Shown piece by piece: positions 37,001 through 48,848 of a DNA stretch of 64,000 bases. The translations under genes and the position numbers were made by a program. Every line of letters begins with the position of its first letter. The first letter of the stretch is position 1. The stretch covers positions 109,988,001-110,052,000 of the forward strand of contig NC_091472.1 of assembly GCF_036971445.1 (NCBI RefSeq), written 5' to 3'. The notes under the pieces were generated by a model. The model was not told the origin of the DNA. It searched no databases and saw nothing but the letters and a program-made list of their open reading frames with translations. This stretch comes from Narcine bancroftii (Eukaryota).

Positions 37001-39983
37001 CAATTTGTTTTTCAATTTCAATCTAGACAACTCTATTTTTTGATTTTCTGTCACATCTCTCTGAAATTCCTTTTCTAATTCATCAATCTGTTTCTCTAAT
37101 TCAAGGCTCTCGGTCAAATAATTCTTTTTAACCTTAGAGGTATAACTAATTATTTGACCTCTCAAGTAAGCTTTCATAGCATCCCACAATATAAATTTAC
37201 TCTGAACGGAATTAACATTTTCTTCCAAGAAAAGATTAATTTGTTTTTTAAAAATTCAATAAATTCCACTTTTTTTAACAACATCGTAGTGAATTTCCAA
37301 CGAGAAGCTGCACGAACTTTTTCAGAACTCCCATAAGTAAAATACAACAAAGAATGATCTGAAATTACCCTACTTTTATATTCTGCTTGCAGTATTTTCC
37401 CCTGTAAATGTGCCGATACTAAAAAAATCAATTCTGGAAAAGGATTCATGTCTAAATGAATAGAAAGATAAATACTTCTCTGTTGGGTTAAGACATTGCC
37501 AAATGTCCACTAAATTAAAATCTTTCATTAAAACTCGGATTTGAATTGCCATTTTGGATTTTTTAACATTTTTTGGAAATTTATCTAATAAAGGTTCCAG
37601 AACACAGTTAAAATCTCCTCCAACCAGAACATTTTCATTAGGTTGTCCCAGAAGCAAAAATGGATCCAAAATAAATGCTTCATCATCTGCATTCGATGTA
37701 TAAATGTTGAGTAAAGTCCAAATTTCATTTAAAATCTTACAATTCAATTTAAGAATACATCCTGCATTCATTTCCATTGATTGTAATTCAAAAGGTAAAT
37801 TTTTATGCATCAAAATTGCTACTCCCTTAGCTTTAGAGTTAAATGAAGAAGAAAAAACATGTCCAACCAAGTCCCTCTTCAATTTCATACTTTCTTTTTC
37901 ATTCAAATGTGTCTCCTGTAAAAAAGCAATATCAATTTTCATCTTTTTGATATATGCCAAAACTCTCTTACACTTGATCGGGTTGTTTAATCCCTGAACA
38001 TTAAAAGTAGCAAATTTCAAATTTGACATATCTAATACAATTACTAAATACCAAAAATAATCACAAAATTAATAATAACAAAAAAAATTGTTATATATAG
38101 GACCCCCAAATTAAAATATATAGGCCCTCCAAATAAAAATAATATTCATTAATAAGAAAAAAAAACATCAAAAAAAACCCCAATAAACTACCAAAAGTTA
38201 GTAACTCCCTAAAAAATATTGGGTGTGGATTACCCACTAGTGACTGATTACTAACAAAGAAATCAGAGCAATCCCCTCTTCCCCAGCCAGCCAATCAAAA
38301 ATATTAACATATTATGAAAAAAATCAGCCTTGAGATTCCACTCCAGATGGTGAACTCATTTCAAGAGTAGATGAACTCTTTCCATTCCTGTTCTTTCCAC
38401 TTCTGCCATTTTTCCCATTTCCAAGACCTTCAAATTTTCTTTTAGGAGATAATGGTGGATTTCTTCTTTGTCCTCTGACATCCAGTAGCGAATTAACAAA
38501 AACCATTGCTTCATGCTCACTCTCAAAGAATTGAGACTGATAGTTTCCATAAAACACTTTCAACACAGCAGGGTAACGAAAAGCAAATTTGTAACCTTTA
38601 TGCTATAAAACTTCTTTAACTAGATTAAACTCACGTCGGCGTCTAATGACATCTTGACTCAAATCAGGGTAGAAGAAAACTCTACTATTCTGAACCATCA
38701 TTGGAGCTTGCCTTTGTCTTGCATTTTGAACTGCAAGTCGAAGAATTGTCTCTCTATCCAAACAATTCAAACAGCGAACTATCACAGCTCTTGGCGGCTG
38801 AACAGATAAAGGTGGTCTTCTTAAGGCTCTATGTGCTCTTTCCAATACCAGTCCGTCAGGAAAGGACTCTTCCCCCAACATCTGGGTAATCCAATTTTTA
38901 AAAAATTTGATGGGATCTTGACCTTCAATACCTTCTGGCAAACCCACAATTTTCTCATTATTTCTTCTGTTTTGATTTTCCAAATAGTCCATTTTTTAAA
39001 TGAACTCTTTTTCCCAGGCTCCTAACTGAATTTTCCACCTTTACTATCGTTTCTGTATTGGATTGTACCTGTTGTTTACATTCAGAAAGAGAAGCTTCAA
39101 ATTTTTTGAAGTTTTCCCAGTTTTCTTTAGCTGCTGCCTTAACCACAGTTAGGTCTGAGCTCATATCAGTATTCATTTGAACTAGCTGGTTCAATTGACC
39201 AGTAATAATATCCAATTAGGAAGCAATACCTTCAAACATCATGTAAACAGGCTGAGATGTAATTTGGAATGCAGAATCCGGTCCGTAATTTGTAACTCAT
39301 TTTCTTCCAGCTCTTCTTCCATTTCCTAGGCAGAGGCAGAGTAAGGTAAGTCCTCTTCAGGCAGCATTCTAGTCGTTTTGATGCGGGTTTGGACACCCAA
39401 TGATGACCCCCCGACTTCCTCAGGGGATTGTCGCTGTCCTCCCCCCGCAGACAATTTTTTAATAAAATTACGGAATTCTCCATAATTAGCAGTGCTACTC
39501 ACGTCCACAGTCACTATAGAATGCGTGTCTAGCGTCACAGTCCTCTTTCTCTGCGCTCCCATCTCTTCCAACGGGGTTATTCTTTGCAACAAGCCTCCAG
39601 GCTCGTGCCCAACTTCTCGGGAGAGTGCTCCTTCCTCCACAAAACGGGTCAAACCAGCGCCATCTTGAGACTGGTGAGTGGCTATTACTTTAACTTTTGT
39701 CTCCACTGGCGATCATTGAGGCTTGGAGATCGCTGAAATTGAGTCCGAGGCTGCTTCAAGTCGTTTAGGCCCCAATTCTTCTACACTTTGAAAATGCATT
39801 TTCTTTGGTAAATGAGACTTAGCTTTTCTTACATTAGCAGCTGTAATGGCTCACCAAAATATCAAACTAAACATTAAAATTTTAAAATTAAAAATAAAGG
39901 GTTTAAAAATGGGTACTTAAAAGTCTGACCAGAGAGGACAGGGATTACACGTCTAGTCTCTACGCCATCTCACCACAGCCCCC
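34098..39983 (-). mobile_element. full-length L1-clade LINE (about 5.9 kb), inactivated, inserted into a SINE, with a 15-bp target-site duplication
   Basis: ORF1 (ENQNRRNNEKIVGLPEG...LERAHRAL...FFYPDLS); ORF2 endonuclease from 38029 (TFNVQGLNNPIK...FLQETHL, GGDFN); RT (DQTGFIK, SFDAEKAFD); 3' A-rich tail; TSD GGAAGCCCCTGTTTC at 34083-34097 and GGAAGGGCCTGTTTC at 39984-39998. Confidence 0.93.
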
Positions 39984-40689
39984 GGAAGGGCCTGTTTCCA
40001 TGCTGGGTCTCTAAATTAAATAAATCATACATACTTCAAAATGTCTCTGGTCCTGTTGAGTGCCATGGCCACCAATAAATCAAGCTTGAAAGGTTGTCCA
40101 AAAATTGTTGGTCTTCCTTTCTTTGGAAATTGTTAGGGATTGTTAAGACTGAGTCATGTTTCAAGAGTTATGGGATAGGAAGTTGATGGTTAATACAAAG
40201 GAGAAGACACAAAAATGCTGGAGAAACTCAACATCATCTATAGTAAGTAAAAGGCAGTCGACGTTGCTGGCCTAAATCCTTCCTTTGGAGTGACGAAAAT
40301 CATGATGTCTGAATGAAAAGGTGGAGTGAACTAGAGCCAGCATGGACTGTGCAACTTTGTGATGCAGCAGGTCTCACTGCGACAGCAAACGAGGTTCGAA
40401 TCTGAACTCCGGCACTGTCCATATGGAGCTTGCACACTCTCTCAGTGATCCATAAAGCAGGTATGACTAAAGAGGACCAAGGTGGTATTATTGGACAAAT
40501 AAGGAAGTATATTACAGGAAAATGGAACTAATGGGGATGTACTGACAGCCAAAGAGTGTTTTCATTTTTATACAAGGAATAATGAAGTACGAGAAGACAT
40601 TTAGAATAAGGAACATTCCTCAATGATGTTTCAATTAAATCTGAAAACAAGCTTGGCGACGCATTCAATCAAGTTACTGTTTGACGAAC

Positions 40690-41372
40690 CATACCACCTT
40701 TGCCATGACTTGGATCTTGCAGTGTAGCCTCTCTATTTCTGCTCATGAAGTCCTCTGTGGAATGCAGTCATTGACATATCCACACCTGCCTCTTGTAGAG
40801 TGTTTCTGATCTGTCGTGCGTACTTTTGGGGATTTTTCTTCATTATCATGAGATTTCTTCAGTCCTCAGCAGTGGAGGTCTTCCTTGGAATACCAGTCCC
40901 TCTGTGATTACTGAGCTCACCTGTATGCTCTTGATGATGATCCAAACAGATGATTTTGGTGATCCTAAGGTTTTGCCAATATCTCTTACTGTTTGATTCT
41001 TGTTTATCAGCATCATAAAGGATTCTTTGACTTTCATTGGCACAACTCTGGTTCTCATGTGAAAAAAAATGGCAACTTAAGCTTCCAAAGGCGATCAAAA
41101 CCTTTGAAGCAAGCCTAGCTCTCTTATACCTGCACCAAAGAAGCAATTGTACATACCCGAGTACCCACAAACACCTGTGAAGCCAAATGTCCTGTAAGTG
41201 GAGACTATGTATAAAAAGTGCTCCAATTTCTACATGGTCAAACCAAAATGTATACAAATAATCTGGAATAAAATCTGCAATGTACACTTTAATTACATGT
41301 GACTTGTTTGATTATAAATTTAAAACTGTGGAGCACAATGGTAAATAAAGGAAAAAAAATGTATTTGTCCCA
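40690..41372 (-). mobile_element. Tc1/mariner transposon remnant
   Basis: MRTRVVPMKVKE...NQTVRDIGKTLGSPKSSVWIIIK, a Tc1 N-terminal HTH, frameshifted afterwards. Confidence 0.75.
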
Positions 41373-41652
41373 GCATAATTTCCACAAGCACATTCACCTC
41401 TGCTATCTTGTGATCCTTTTTGATGAGTAAATTCTAATAGGGAGCATTTACAGGGAGCTCAGTAGCGGATAGGGTCAATGTGACTTTGATCCTATTGTTA
41501 CCTGGAATAAATAAAACCTTTTTGCAGCAGTGATGATTGCGAGCAAGATATGTGGCTGTCTGCTCAGGCTTTCTCTTCCATTATTCATCAGTGTTGAGAA
41601 AAATATTAACTGCTATTCCAGTCAAGATCACTCACCTCACAAGGAAACACGG

Positions 41653-41956
41653 TAGCCCCTTTCACACTTGCAAATAGTCCCAAGAATTAGTGGCCAATTG
41701 GCCTTTCAAGTGTCCAATGTGAAAGAAAAATCTTCTCAATGCCGGTGTCAAATGATGTCATCTCACGCCGAGGATTGACGGCCTTGATCCCTAGTACAAT
41801 CCCCGGCATTTTCAGCCACTGCCATTGCAATCAGGCATGCAGAATGGCAATTGCATTGAGGGATTGAAATGACCCAAGTTTTTGCATGAGTGCAGGAACG
41901 TGAAGGAAGAAAAGAGTAAAATGATGGTATAAACTTTGTCGCGGGAAAGTCGCAGC

Positions 41957-41993
<37 letters not shown>

Positions 41994-42670
41994 AATAAAT
42001 AGCAATAGCAGGCAAGTTTTAAACAGTGTTGAAAAGTTGGTAGCACTAAGGCACACAATTTATAAAGACAGTGGGGAAAAAAATGGCAGACCTGACTTCC
42101 CAGAATGCCATGCAGCAGAAAAACCCCTCCATGAGTGCTCTATGCATTGAGCCATGCACACAACCCTTGGAAGAATGATCCTTCATCACTTTTTCCCATG
42201 GTATTTATAAATTGTACATGACAGTGTGACCAACTTTCCCACGCTGTATAAAATTGTACACAATAGCGCTACCAACTTTTCCCACACTGTTTAAAAATTG
42301 TCCACTATTGCTAATTATTGCTAGCACTTTCCCATGGTCCCTTATAAAGGTTTGTATGGGTCAACATATCAACAACAGGGGCTGATGGGCTCATACTGTG
42401 CCATACATAAAGCTTAATTATTTTAAAACTAGGTATAATTAATTTTGTTCAAATTTAAGATTTAGGACAGGTTCACCATCACTCAATGTATCATGACATC
42501 ACCAGTAGAAGGTAGAAGAGTTTTAACCCCACAGATGGCTCTTTCCAAGTGTGAAAGTGTTGTGTCCCAGTTAGGAGTGGTCAAGTGTGAAAAGCCAACC
42601 CCCCCCCCCCCATTCCTATCCCAGGACACTGAATGACTGATTTAGTGGGACACAAGTGTGAAAGGGGCTA
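41653..42670. mobile_element. non-autonomous DNA transposon (PIF/Harbinger-like MITE) with perfect 18-bp terminal inverted repeats
   Basis: TAGCCCCTTTCACACTTG at 41653-41670 and CAAGTGTGAAAGGGGCTA at 42653-42670; internal sub-repeats and (GA)n; no transposase ORF. Confidence 0.85.
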
Positions 42671-43769
42671 TATTCAACTCTCACTCAATAACACACTACA
42701 CTTTTCCAGTGAACTCCTCAAAAACTGCTCCAAGTGGGTATGTAACTTTTTGTAATATCAGCCTTAATTTTTTTGTTTGATTATTTACATTTCTCCTCTG
42801 AAATGAATGTAGAACATAAGATAATAACATATCAAAAAAAAGTTTATTTAATGAAAATATTCCAGCAATGTATCAAGGCAAACTGCAGCTTTATTATTTC
42901 CAGAATCACCAACAACCCATTTGAGAACATTCACAATTTGCTAACTCAGAATGTTCCCAACTATGTCCGCATGCTGTGGCATCATATCCCATTCCTCCTG
43001 ATTATTTTCCATCCATCAGCATTACTTGACAAAATATAATAGATAAACATCTTTCCCCAAATTGAGTCAAGACAATGCTTAAGGTGGAGTGCACTTGTAA
43101 TTGCAAAAGGTACATTTTTTTTTCTTGTTGCCCTTCAAGAGACATGATTTCTCATAAAGCAGAGGTCCATATTTTTTTCAGCGACGAGTACTGTTTCCCT
43201 CTCCGTTCTTGTTGAAGTGGTTTTTGAGAAGCCAGGATGACTTGCTACTGCTTCACTTTGGTGCTCAGGTGGGGAGATATTAAGCTCCATTTTGCTCATC
43301 AATGCAGTGAGGTTGGAAGCAGTTGGAGTAAATAAGAAAGGCATTTATTTTTAGAAAAAGGATCAAAACATTGGAAACATGGATAGAGATGGGAGAATGG
43401 GGGAAAATGGTGATTCATTTACCATTAAGCAATCTCTGTCCCCTGCCCATTCTGAAAACTATATACAATGATGTCCAAGCTTTTCTCAAGTATTCAGTTT
43501 AATATCAGTGGTAAAATGGCAAGTCGGAATGAATGAGTACATTTGACCTGGCCACCAAAAGTTCCTGTGGCTACCAATCTGAAGGGATAGTCAGGAAATA
43601 TTGCCCTTGTTCAGATTAAATAGATTGTGTACCTGATTATGGGTAGAAGAAGACTATTTAGATATCACATTTTATCCAGCAGTGTTTAATTGCATTTTAA
43701 GCTATTCAGCAAGATGTCTATACAATAGACATTTATGAAGTTTGCATTATATAGATACTCCAAGCATGG

Positions 43770-44220
43770 AAACAAGCTGTTCAGTCCAACTCATCCATGC
43801 TGACCAAGAGGTTTATCAACACTAATCCCATTTGCCTTTTTTTTGGCCTATAAACTTCTAAACCTTTCCTATCCATGCACCTGCTCAAATGTCTTTTAAC
43901 CATTGTACCTGCCTTTGCCACACTTCTGACAGCTTGATCCACATATTCTCCAGCCTCTATCTGAAAAACATGTCCCTCTGTTCCCCTTTACATCTTTCTC
44001 CTCTCTCACCTTATGTCTATACCCTCTGGCTTAAGATTTCCTTTCACCAGAAAAAAATAAGCCTGTGGCACTCTACCCTATCTATGGTTACCATATAACC
44101 ATTTATGGAGCGGAAACAGACCCAATTTTATAAAATTCTGTAGGATCATCCTTCAAACTCCTTAGATCCAGAGAAAACAGTGCCAGCCAATCCAAACTCT
44201 CCTTATACCTCACATCATCC
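43770..44220 (-). mobile_element. CR1 LINE 3' fragment
   Basis: CTAAACCTTTCCTATCCATGCACCTG...AAATGTCTTTTAA, typical of fish CR1 3' ends. Confidence 0.6.
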
Positions 44221-44268
44221 AGTGAAGCTGAGAAACATACACTGTTAAAAAAATGTATCTATAACAGC

Positions 44269-44367
44269 CTGTCCCACATCGGACTTGTCAGCCACAAACG
44301 AGCCTGCAGCTGACATGGACTTTTACCCCCTCCATAAATCTTCGTCCGCGAAGCCAAGCCAAAGAAG
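44269..44367 (+). mobile_element. short RTE-clade LINE 3' end with an 8-bp TSD
   Basis: nearly identical to 57949-58045; ATAACAGC duplicated at 44261-44268 and 44368-44375. Confidence 0.9.
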
Positions 44368-44559
44368 ATAACAGCTATGGCACACTTTCATTTCTGAGTT
44401 AGGAGGCTATGGCATTTATCCTATTCCAGATATGCAAGAGAAAAGTCCAAGCTGAAATTCTAATTCAGAAGTGTTGAGTTCTTGAAAGTGTGATCATTTT
44501 CTGAGTCAATATATTGAGGCCCAGTTTGCTCTCACAGGTCAGTAAAAGAATCACGGGGC

Positions 44560-45200
44560 AATGCTAAAAATGCTGAAGAAACTCAGCAGGTCACTCAGCA
44601 TCCACAGAAAGTTAAAGGCAGTCGACATTTTGGGCCTGAGCCCTTCAGAAGAAAACCATGGTACTATTTTGAAAAGCTGATATGTCACCCCTGGTGCTCT
44701 GCCCAAAATTAATCTTTCAATCAATTTTAAAGGTGTACAACAATTTTCCAGATCATTATCATCTAGCTCCACCTGCACTCTGCCTGAGGGTCCAAGCTAG
44801 AACTATTTTCATTCCCATATAGACATGTCTGCGCTCAGCTTTATCCATTGTTGGGGTGAGGCCAGATGTATACTTGAGGGACAACACATTCCTCCTGGCC
44901 AGCCTTAAACCCAAGGGTACATTTTTTTCTAATTTTAGGTCACCCTCCCACCTCAATCTGGTTCCTGTGTTTCCTTCTCTTCTTTACCTATGTCTGGTTT
45001 TATTTCTTATTTTCACCCCTCCCTCATGTTTCTCCCTCTATCTATCTATCTACCTCTCATATCTGTCCAATATGCCCCTTTCCCCTTCACATAATTAATG
45101 TCACCCCTTCTCCCTTAAAATGCCCTGACCCAAAATGTTCACCAACCATTTCTACCCCTGGAGGCTGCCTCAGTCCCTCATTGTTTACTCTAAATTCCAA
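44560..45200 (+). mobile_element. Penelope-like fragments
   Basis: GAGGGACAACACATTCC...AGCCTTAAACCCAAGGG...TCTAATTTTAGGT 3' motif and an inverted terminal segment at 44560-44650. Confidence 0.55.
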
Positions 45201-46139
45201 CATTTACACATCCTGCATTGTTCTTTTCCACATTATCATCTAGTTATTTATCAGAGCATGATCAGTGCAAACTAATAGCTATATTTCAAAATTACAACAG
45301 TGGCCACATGTCATAAGTTTCTGTGATCCACAAATCAGGAAAGGTAACTGAAAAATCTAATTGTTAGAATGTTTTAATCAATAAAATATAATAATTTGCA
45401 CAGTTAATTAACATATTTTAAATTGAGGACAAATATCTCTCAGTATTCTAAATGTCCATTTGGACTTCTTAAAAACTTATATTCCATCTCCATCACATCT
45501 GTTCTAGTTTAATACACTTGTTGAAATAATTTTTGTATATATTTCCTCATCAAATTTAAAAGTTTTCCAAGACTCAATGAATATGGCCAGGCAACAAAGG
45601 TGTCCAAAATAGGATTAGTGTAAATGAATGTCTGACAGTCAATATGGATTCTGCACTGAAGGGCCTGTATCTACACTCTGTGACCCAATGTCTCTAATGA
45701 CCTCCCCGTTCAGGTCAACATTTTAAGGAAGTGATATTTCATCTCATTTTCTACTTAGTCTGCAAAGATTAATAAGCATCCGTTTTATTTGAGTTCCTGG
45801 TTATGCATTTGCTGATACATTAATCAGTTACATATTTTAACCATCTTTCAGTGTAGTTGACCATTTGCTGATATAAGCCTTTTTTAAAAACAAAACTTAA
45901 ATAACTGTTCTGGTTTGTAACATATCAAGATTTTGGTCCCATCAAAACTGAGTAGAAAGTTTTGAGCCAATGCCATTTTCAGGACAAATATTCCAGAAGC
46001 GGAATATCATCCTCGGGGGAGGCATATCTACATTCACACAGTGATCTGATAGCAAATTAAATAAATTATTGCTGGTTTGAAAGATGCAGAATGATCAGAG
46101 TTATGAAAGGGTTGTGAAAGTTAAAATGATTTGGGATTC

Positions 46140-46460
46140 ATTTGCAACAGCTGTAAGGTCTCCTTTACTATTCATAAGATTCACCCCCAGCGTTGCTTAA
46201 ATAGGGTTCAAACAATTATTGAGGGCTCCTTCCATCCAGTACACATTATCTTTGAACTATTACTACCAAGACGGCCAGCCTGGGAAAACAGCTTCTTTTC
46301 GCAGGCTATAAGTCCTGAACGGTGTCCTGCCACAGAGTAAATTATCCCAAAATATCTGTTCTACGTTTAGTGTGATTATTATGTGCATATGTGGTCCGAA
46401 CATACGCTGCTTCGTCTAATGGTATATACACAGTAATGACAATAAATGGGAGCCGAATTT
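46140..46460 (+). mobile_element. Rex1-like LINE 3' end
   Basis: HPVHIIFELLLP...NSFFSQAI motif and GACAATAAA tail. Confidence 0.6.
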
Positions 46461-46850
46461 GGGCTGTATGCACTTTCTACCCGTGTCTTCATAGATTCCT
46501 TCCAAGCCTCCCCCCCCCCCCCAAAAAAAAACAACTTTTATGAGGGATTCTGATTTAGTCCCAATCCCGCGCCGACAATAGCCAAATCCATTATCCGAAT
46601 CCTTTGCTACTGAGCAGGATTCCCTTAACAGCAATGGATGTTAATTGCCTGCTGTAATCTGTAACAGGAGAATGGGGATATGGGAATAACACTATAAACT
46701 GGATGGGTTAAATCCACGTCCATAATCTTTCATCTGCTTTTATTTCAGATTGCCAGCATCTGCGTTTTAATTTTGCTCCTCGTCTATTATTTCTGAAGAT
46801 ACGTTAGAGTGTGAAAGCTTTGAGTTGGATGGCTGGTTCATGTCTTTCGC

Positions 46851-48620
46851 TTACACTTCAGTTTGGCTCGCTTCAATCTCAATGTAGTTATCGCTTGAAC
46901 GGTTGCATTTGATGTGAGAAGCTCTGAACGGGGATTGCCGCGCCGCTTGCACCCAGTTGTAGTAATCACCAACGTGGCCGGACTTCTCTCTGGTCGACCG
47001 GTATCGGAAGTATAGGATGAGACCCACCACACAGAGGACGAGCAGCAGCACGGCCACGGAACCCAGCGCGCATACCAGTAGCCACGACGTGCCCGGGTTT
47101 TGAGCTGCGGTGGGCGAAGGAACGGAGGTCCAGGTCGCGGCACCGTTCTCCACCGCCGCACTCGCCTCGGTGGCTGGGTCAGGCTGAGCGAGAATCCCTG
47201 AAGAGGCAATGGAAGTGGTTGAATCAGCCGCATGGACCACCAGTGCGCGGGAGGTGGTGGGGCCCCAGGTTGCAGCCGGAGCGGCCGAGGGCTCGGCTGT
47301 GGTAGTCAATCCTGTTGGGACGCAACTCACTTGATCCTCCCCGAGCGCGTAGCCTTCGCTGCAGGAGCACTCAAAGCTCCCCTCGGTGTTGATGCATGAC
47401 CCCTCACAGGGCTGCGAGGAGCACTCGTTGAGATCGACGCAGGACTGATCCGCGTCCCGGAGCCGATAACCCGCTCTGCAGTGGCACCTGTACGACCCGT
47501 CCGTGTTCTGGCAGATGTGGTCACAGGGATGGCCGGAACATGTATCCAGGTCTCGGCACTGGTCCCTAATCAATCCGTAGCCCTCGGGGCAATCGCAGCG
47601 AAAGCTTCCCAGAGTGTTGATGCATCCCTGGCAGGGTCTGTGCGCGCATTCGTCCGTGTCCACGCAGCTGCTGCCATTCTGCGCCAGTTGGTAACCCACG
47701 GGGCAGAGGCACTCGAAACCCTGCGATCGGCTGACACACTTGTACTGGCACGGGTGACCCCGGCAGTGATCGAGCGACTCGCAGGAGTGCTGGTCCTTAC
47801 CCAGTTCGTACCCAGGACCGCACTGACACTTGTATCCCCCTCCTCGGGCCCTGACACAGATCTGGGCGCAGCCCCCGTTTTCAAGGTCGCAGCCCGAAGG
47901 AGGGGTGCAAAAGGGCCCATCCGAGGACCAGCCGTACCGCCCTGGGACCTGCTCCACGCACAGAAGATAGCTGGACTCGGGCGAATCCCTGCTGCCGCAG
48001 GACACCACTGCAAGAGATCCGAAGGGGACGAGAGCCAAGGAGGAACTCACTGTGTTAAAGGGGGTAGTGTAGGTGATCGATCCTGGGCCACTGAGGTCGA
48101 TGTTCGGGCACATGCCTTTAAAGTTGAACTTGCAAATGTAACCGTCCACCCCGCGGCCACAGACACCGTCCAACCACTTGTAGTTGTCGCCTCCCGGGCT
48201 GGAGGTGGAGATGATGTGGACGCATCTGTGTGCGGTGCAGGTCCCCTGGGGCTCACGGGCCCAGTTGGAGTAGGTGGTCTCTTCTCCTCCCGACGTCCAG
48301 CCGAAGCCTCTCAGCGGTTTGTGCCGTTGGTAGCAATATCTCGGGGGCAGCTGGAGCCCCAGCCAAAACTTCCTCTTCGTGTTTGGCCGCAGGCCGCCGA
48401 GGAACCCAGAGAGCAGCCCGTGGACGAGGAGAGCTTCCCCCGCGTTTTTCGCAGTGGCCAGATTACCCCCGTTGGTCTTGCACCTCTCCAAGGCTTGGTG
48501 AAAGGGCTTTTTGTCCAGGTGCGCTGTGTAACAGGCCTCGCTTCCGCACACGGTGTGAGCCGGCAGCGACGGACCACCTGCCACCGCTGAGAACAATCCC
48601 TGCACCAGGAGCAGTAGCAT
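46851..48620 (-). CDS. CD93: CD93 (complement component C1q receptor, group XIV C-type lectin), about 589 aa
   Basis: signal peptide MLLLLVQGLFSAVAG; CTLD (ACYTAH...GGNLAT...KFWLGLQL...GYICKFNFKGMC); sushi-like region (YTTPF...LVPFGS); five EGF modules; S/T/P stalk; TM helix; tail with DYYNWV resembling human DSYSWV; position next to THBD. Confidence 0.9.
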   Translation of the reverse strand: MLLLLVQGLFSAVAGGPSLPAHTVCGSEACYTAHLDKKPFHQALERCKTNGGNLATAKNAGEALLVHGLLSGFLGGLRPNTKRKFWLGLQLPPRYCYQRHKPLRGFGWTSGGEETTYSNWAREPQGTCTAHRCVHIISTSSPGGDNYKWLDGVCGRGVDGYICKFNFKGMCPNIDLSGPGSITYTTPFNTVSSSLALVPFGSLAVVSCGSRDSPESSYLLCVEQVPGRYGWSSDGPFCTPPSGCDLENGGCAQICVRARGGGYKCQCGPGYELGKDQHSCESLDHCRGHPCQYKCVSRSQGFECLCPVGYQLAQNGSSCVDTDECAHRPCQGCINTLGSFRCDCPEGYGLIRDQCRDLDTCSGHPCDHICQNTDGSYRCHCRAGYRLRDADQSCVDLNECSSQPCEGSCINTEGSFECSCSEGYALGEDQVSCVPTGLTTTAEPSAAPAATWGPTTSRALVVHAADSTTSIASSGILAQPDPATEASAAVENGAATWTSVPSPTAAQNPGTSWLLVCALGSVAVLLLVLCVVGLILYFRYRSTREKSGHVGDYYNWVQAARQSPFRASHIKCNRSSDNYIEIEASQTEV

Positions 48621-48790
48621 CCTTTCGGGCAGAATCGGAGGGGGCGCAGGTGGCTCGTTCCAGCAAATGTGGCCAAAAGTCACGGAGAGGACGGAGCGGT
48701 GTACTTCCAGGCCCCCCTTTTGGTCTCGACCCACTGGTTCCCTTCGTCGCTGGGCTGCGATTATCCCACGGTTCCAGGACAGAAACCCAA

Positions 48791-48848
48791 CGGAAGCGGC
48801 GAGGGAGTCATTTGAGGATTATAAAGTCAACATTCCTTCAACATTCCA
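48791..48848 (-). promoter_or_regulatory. CD93 core promoter candidate
   Basis: minus-strand TTTATAAT at about 48818-48825; CGGAAG (ETS) at 48791; GAGTCA (AP-1-like) at 48805; two CATTCC motifs at 48831 and 48842. Confidence 0.4.

Noticed and set aside
47481-48590. 369-aa antisense ORF over CD93, and similar antisense or alternative-frame ORFs over THBD and SSTR4
   Set aside because: Expected shadow ORFs of GC-rich coding sequence with few off-frame stops; no recognisable domains.
46851-48620. Alternative identity as CD248 or CLEC14A
   Set aside because: Five EGF modules, a moderate stalk, the DYYNWV tail and adjacency to THBD fit CD93; CD248 has three EGFs with a long mucin region and CLEC14A has one EGF.
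48621-48734. 38-aa upstream extension of the CD93 ORF
   Set aside because: It begins at a non-ATG codon (GTG) and precedes a clear signal peptide starting at 48620.
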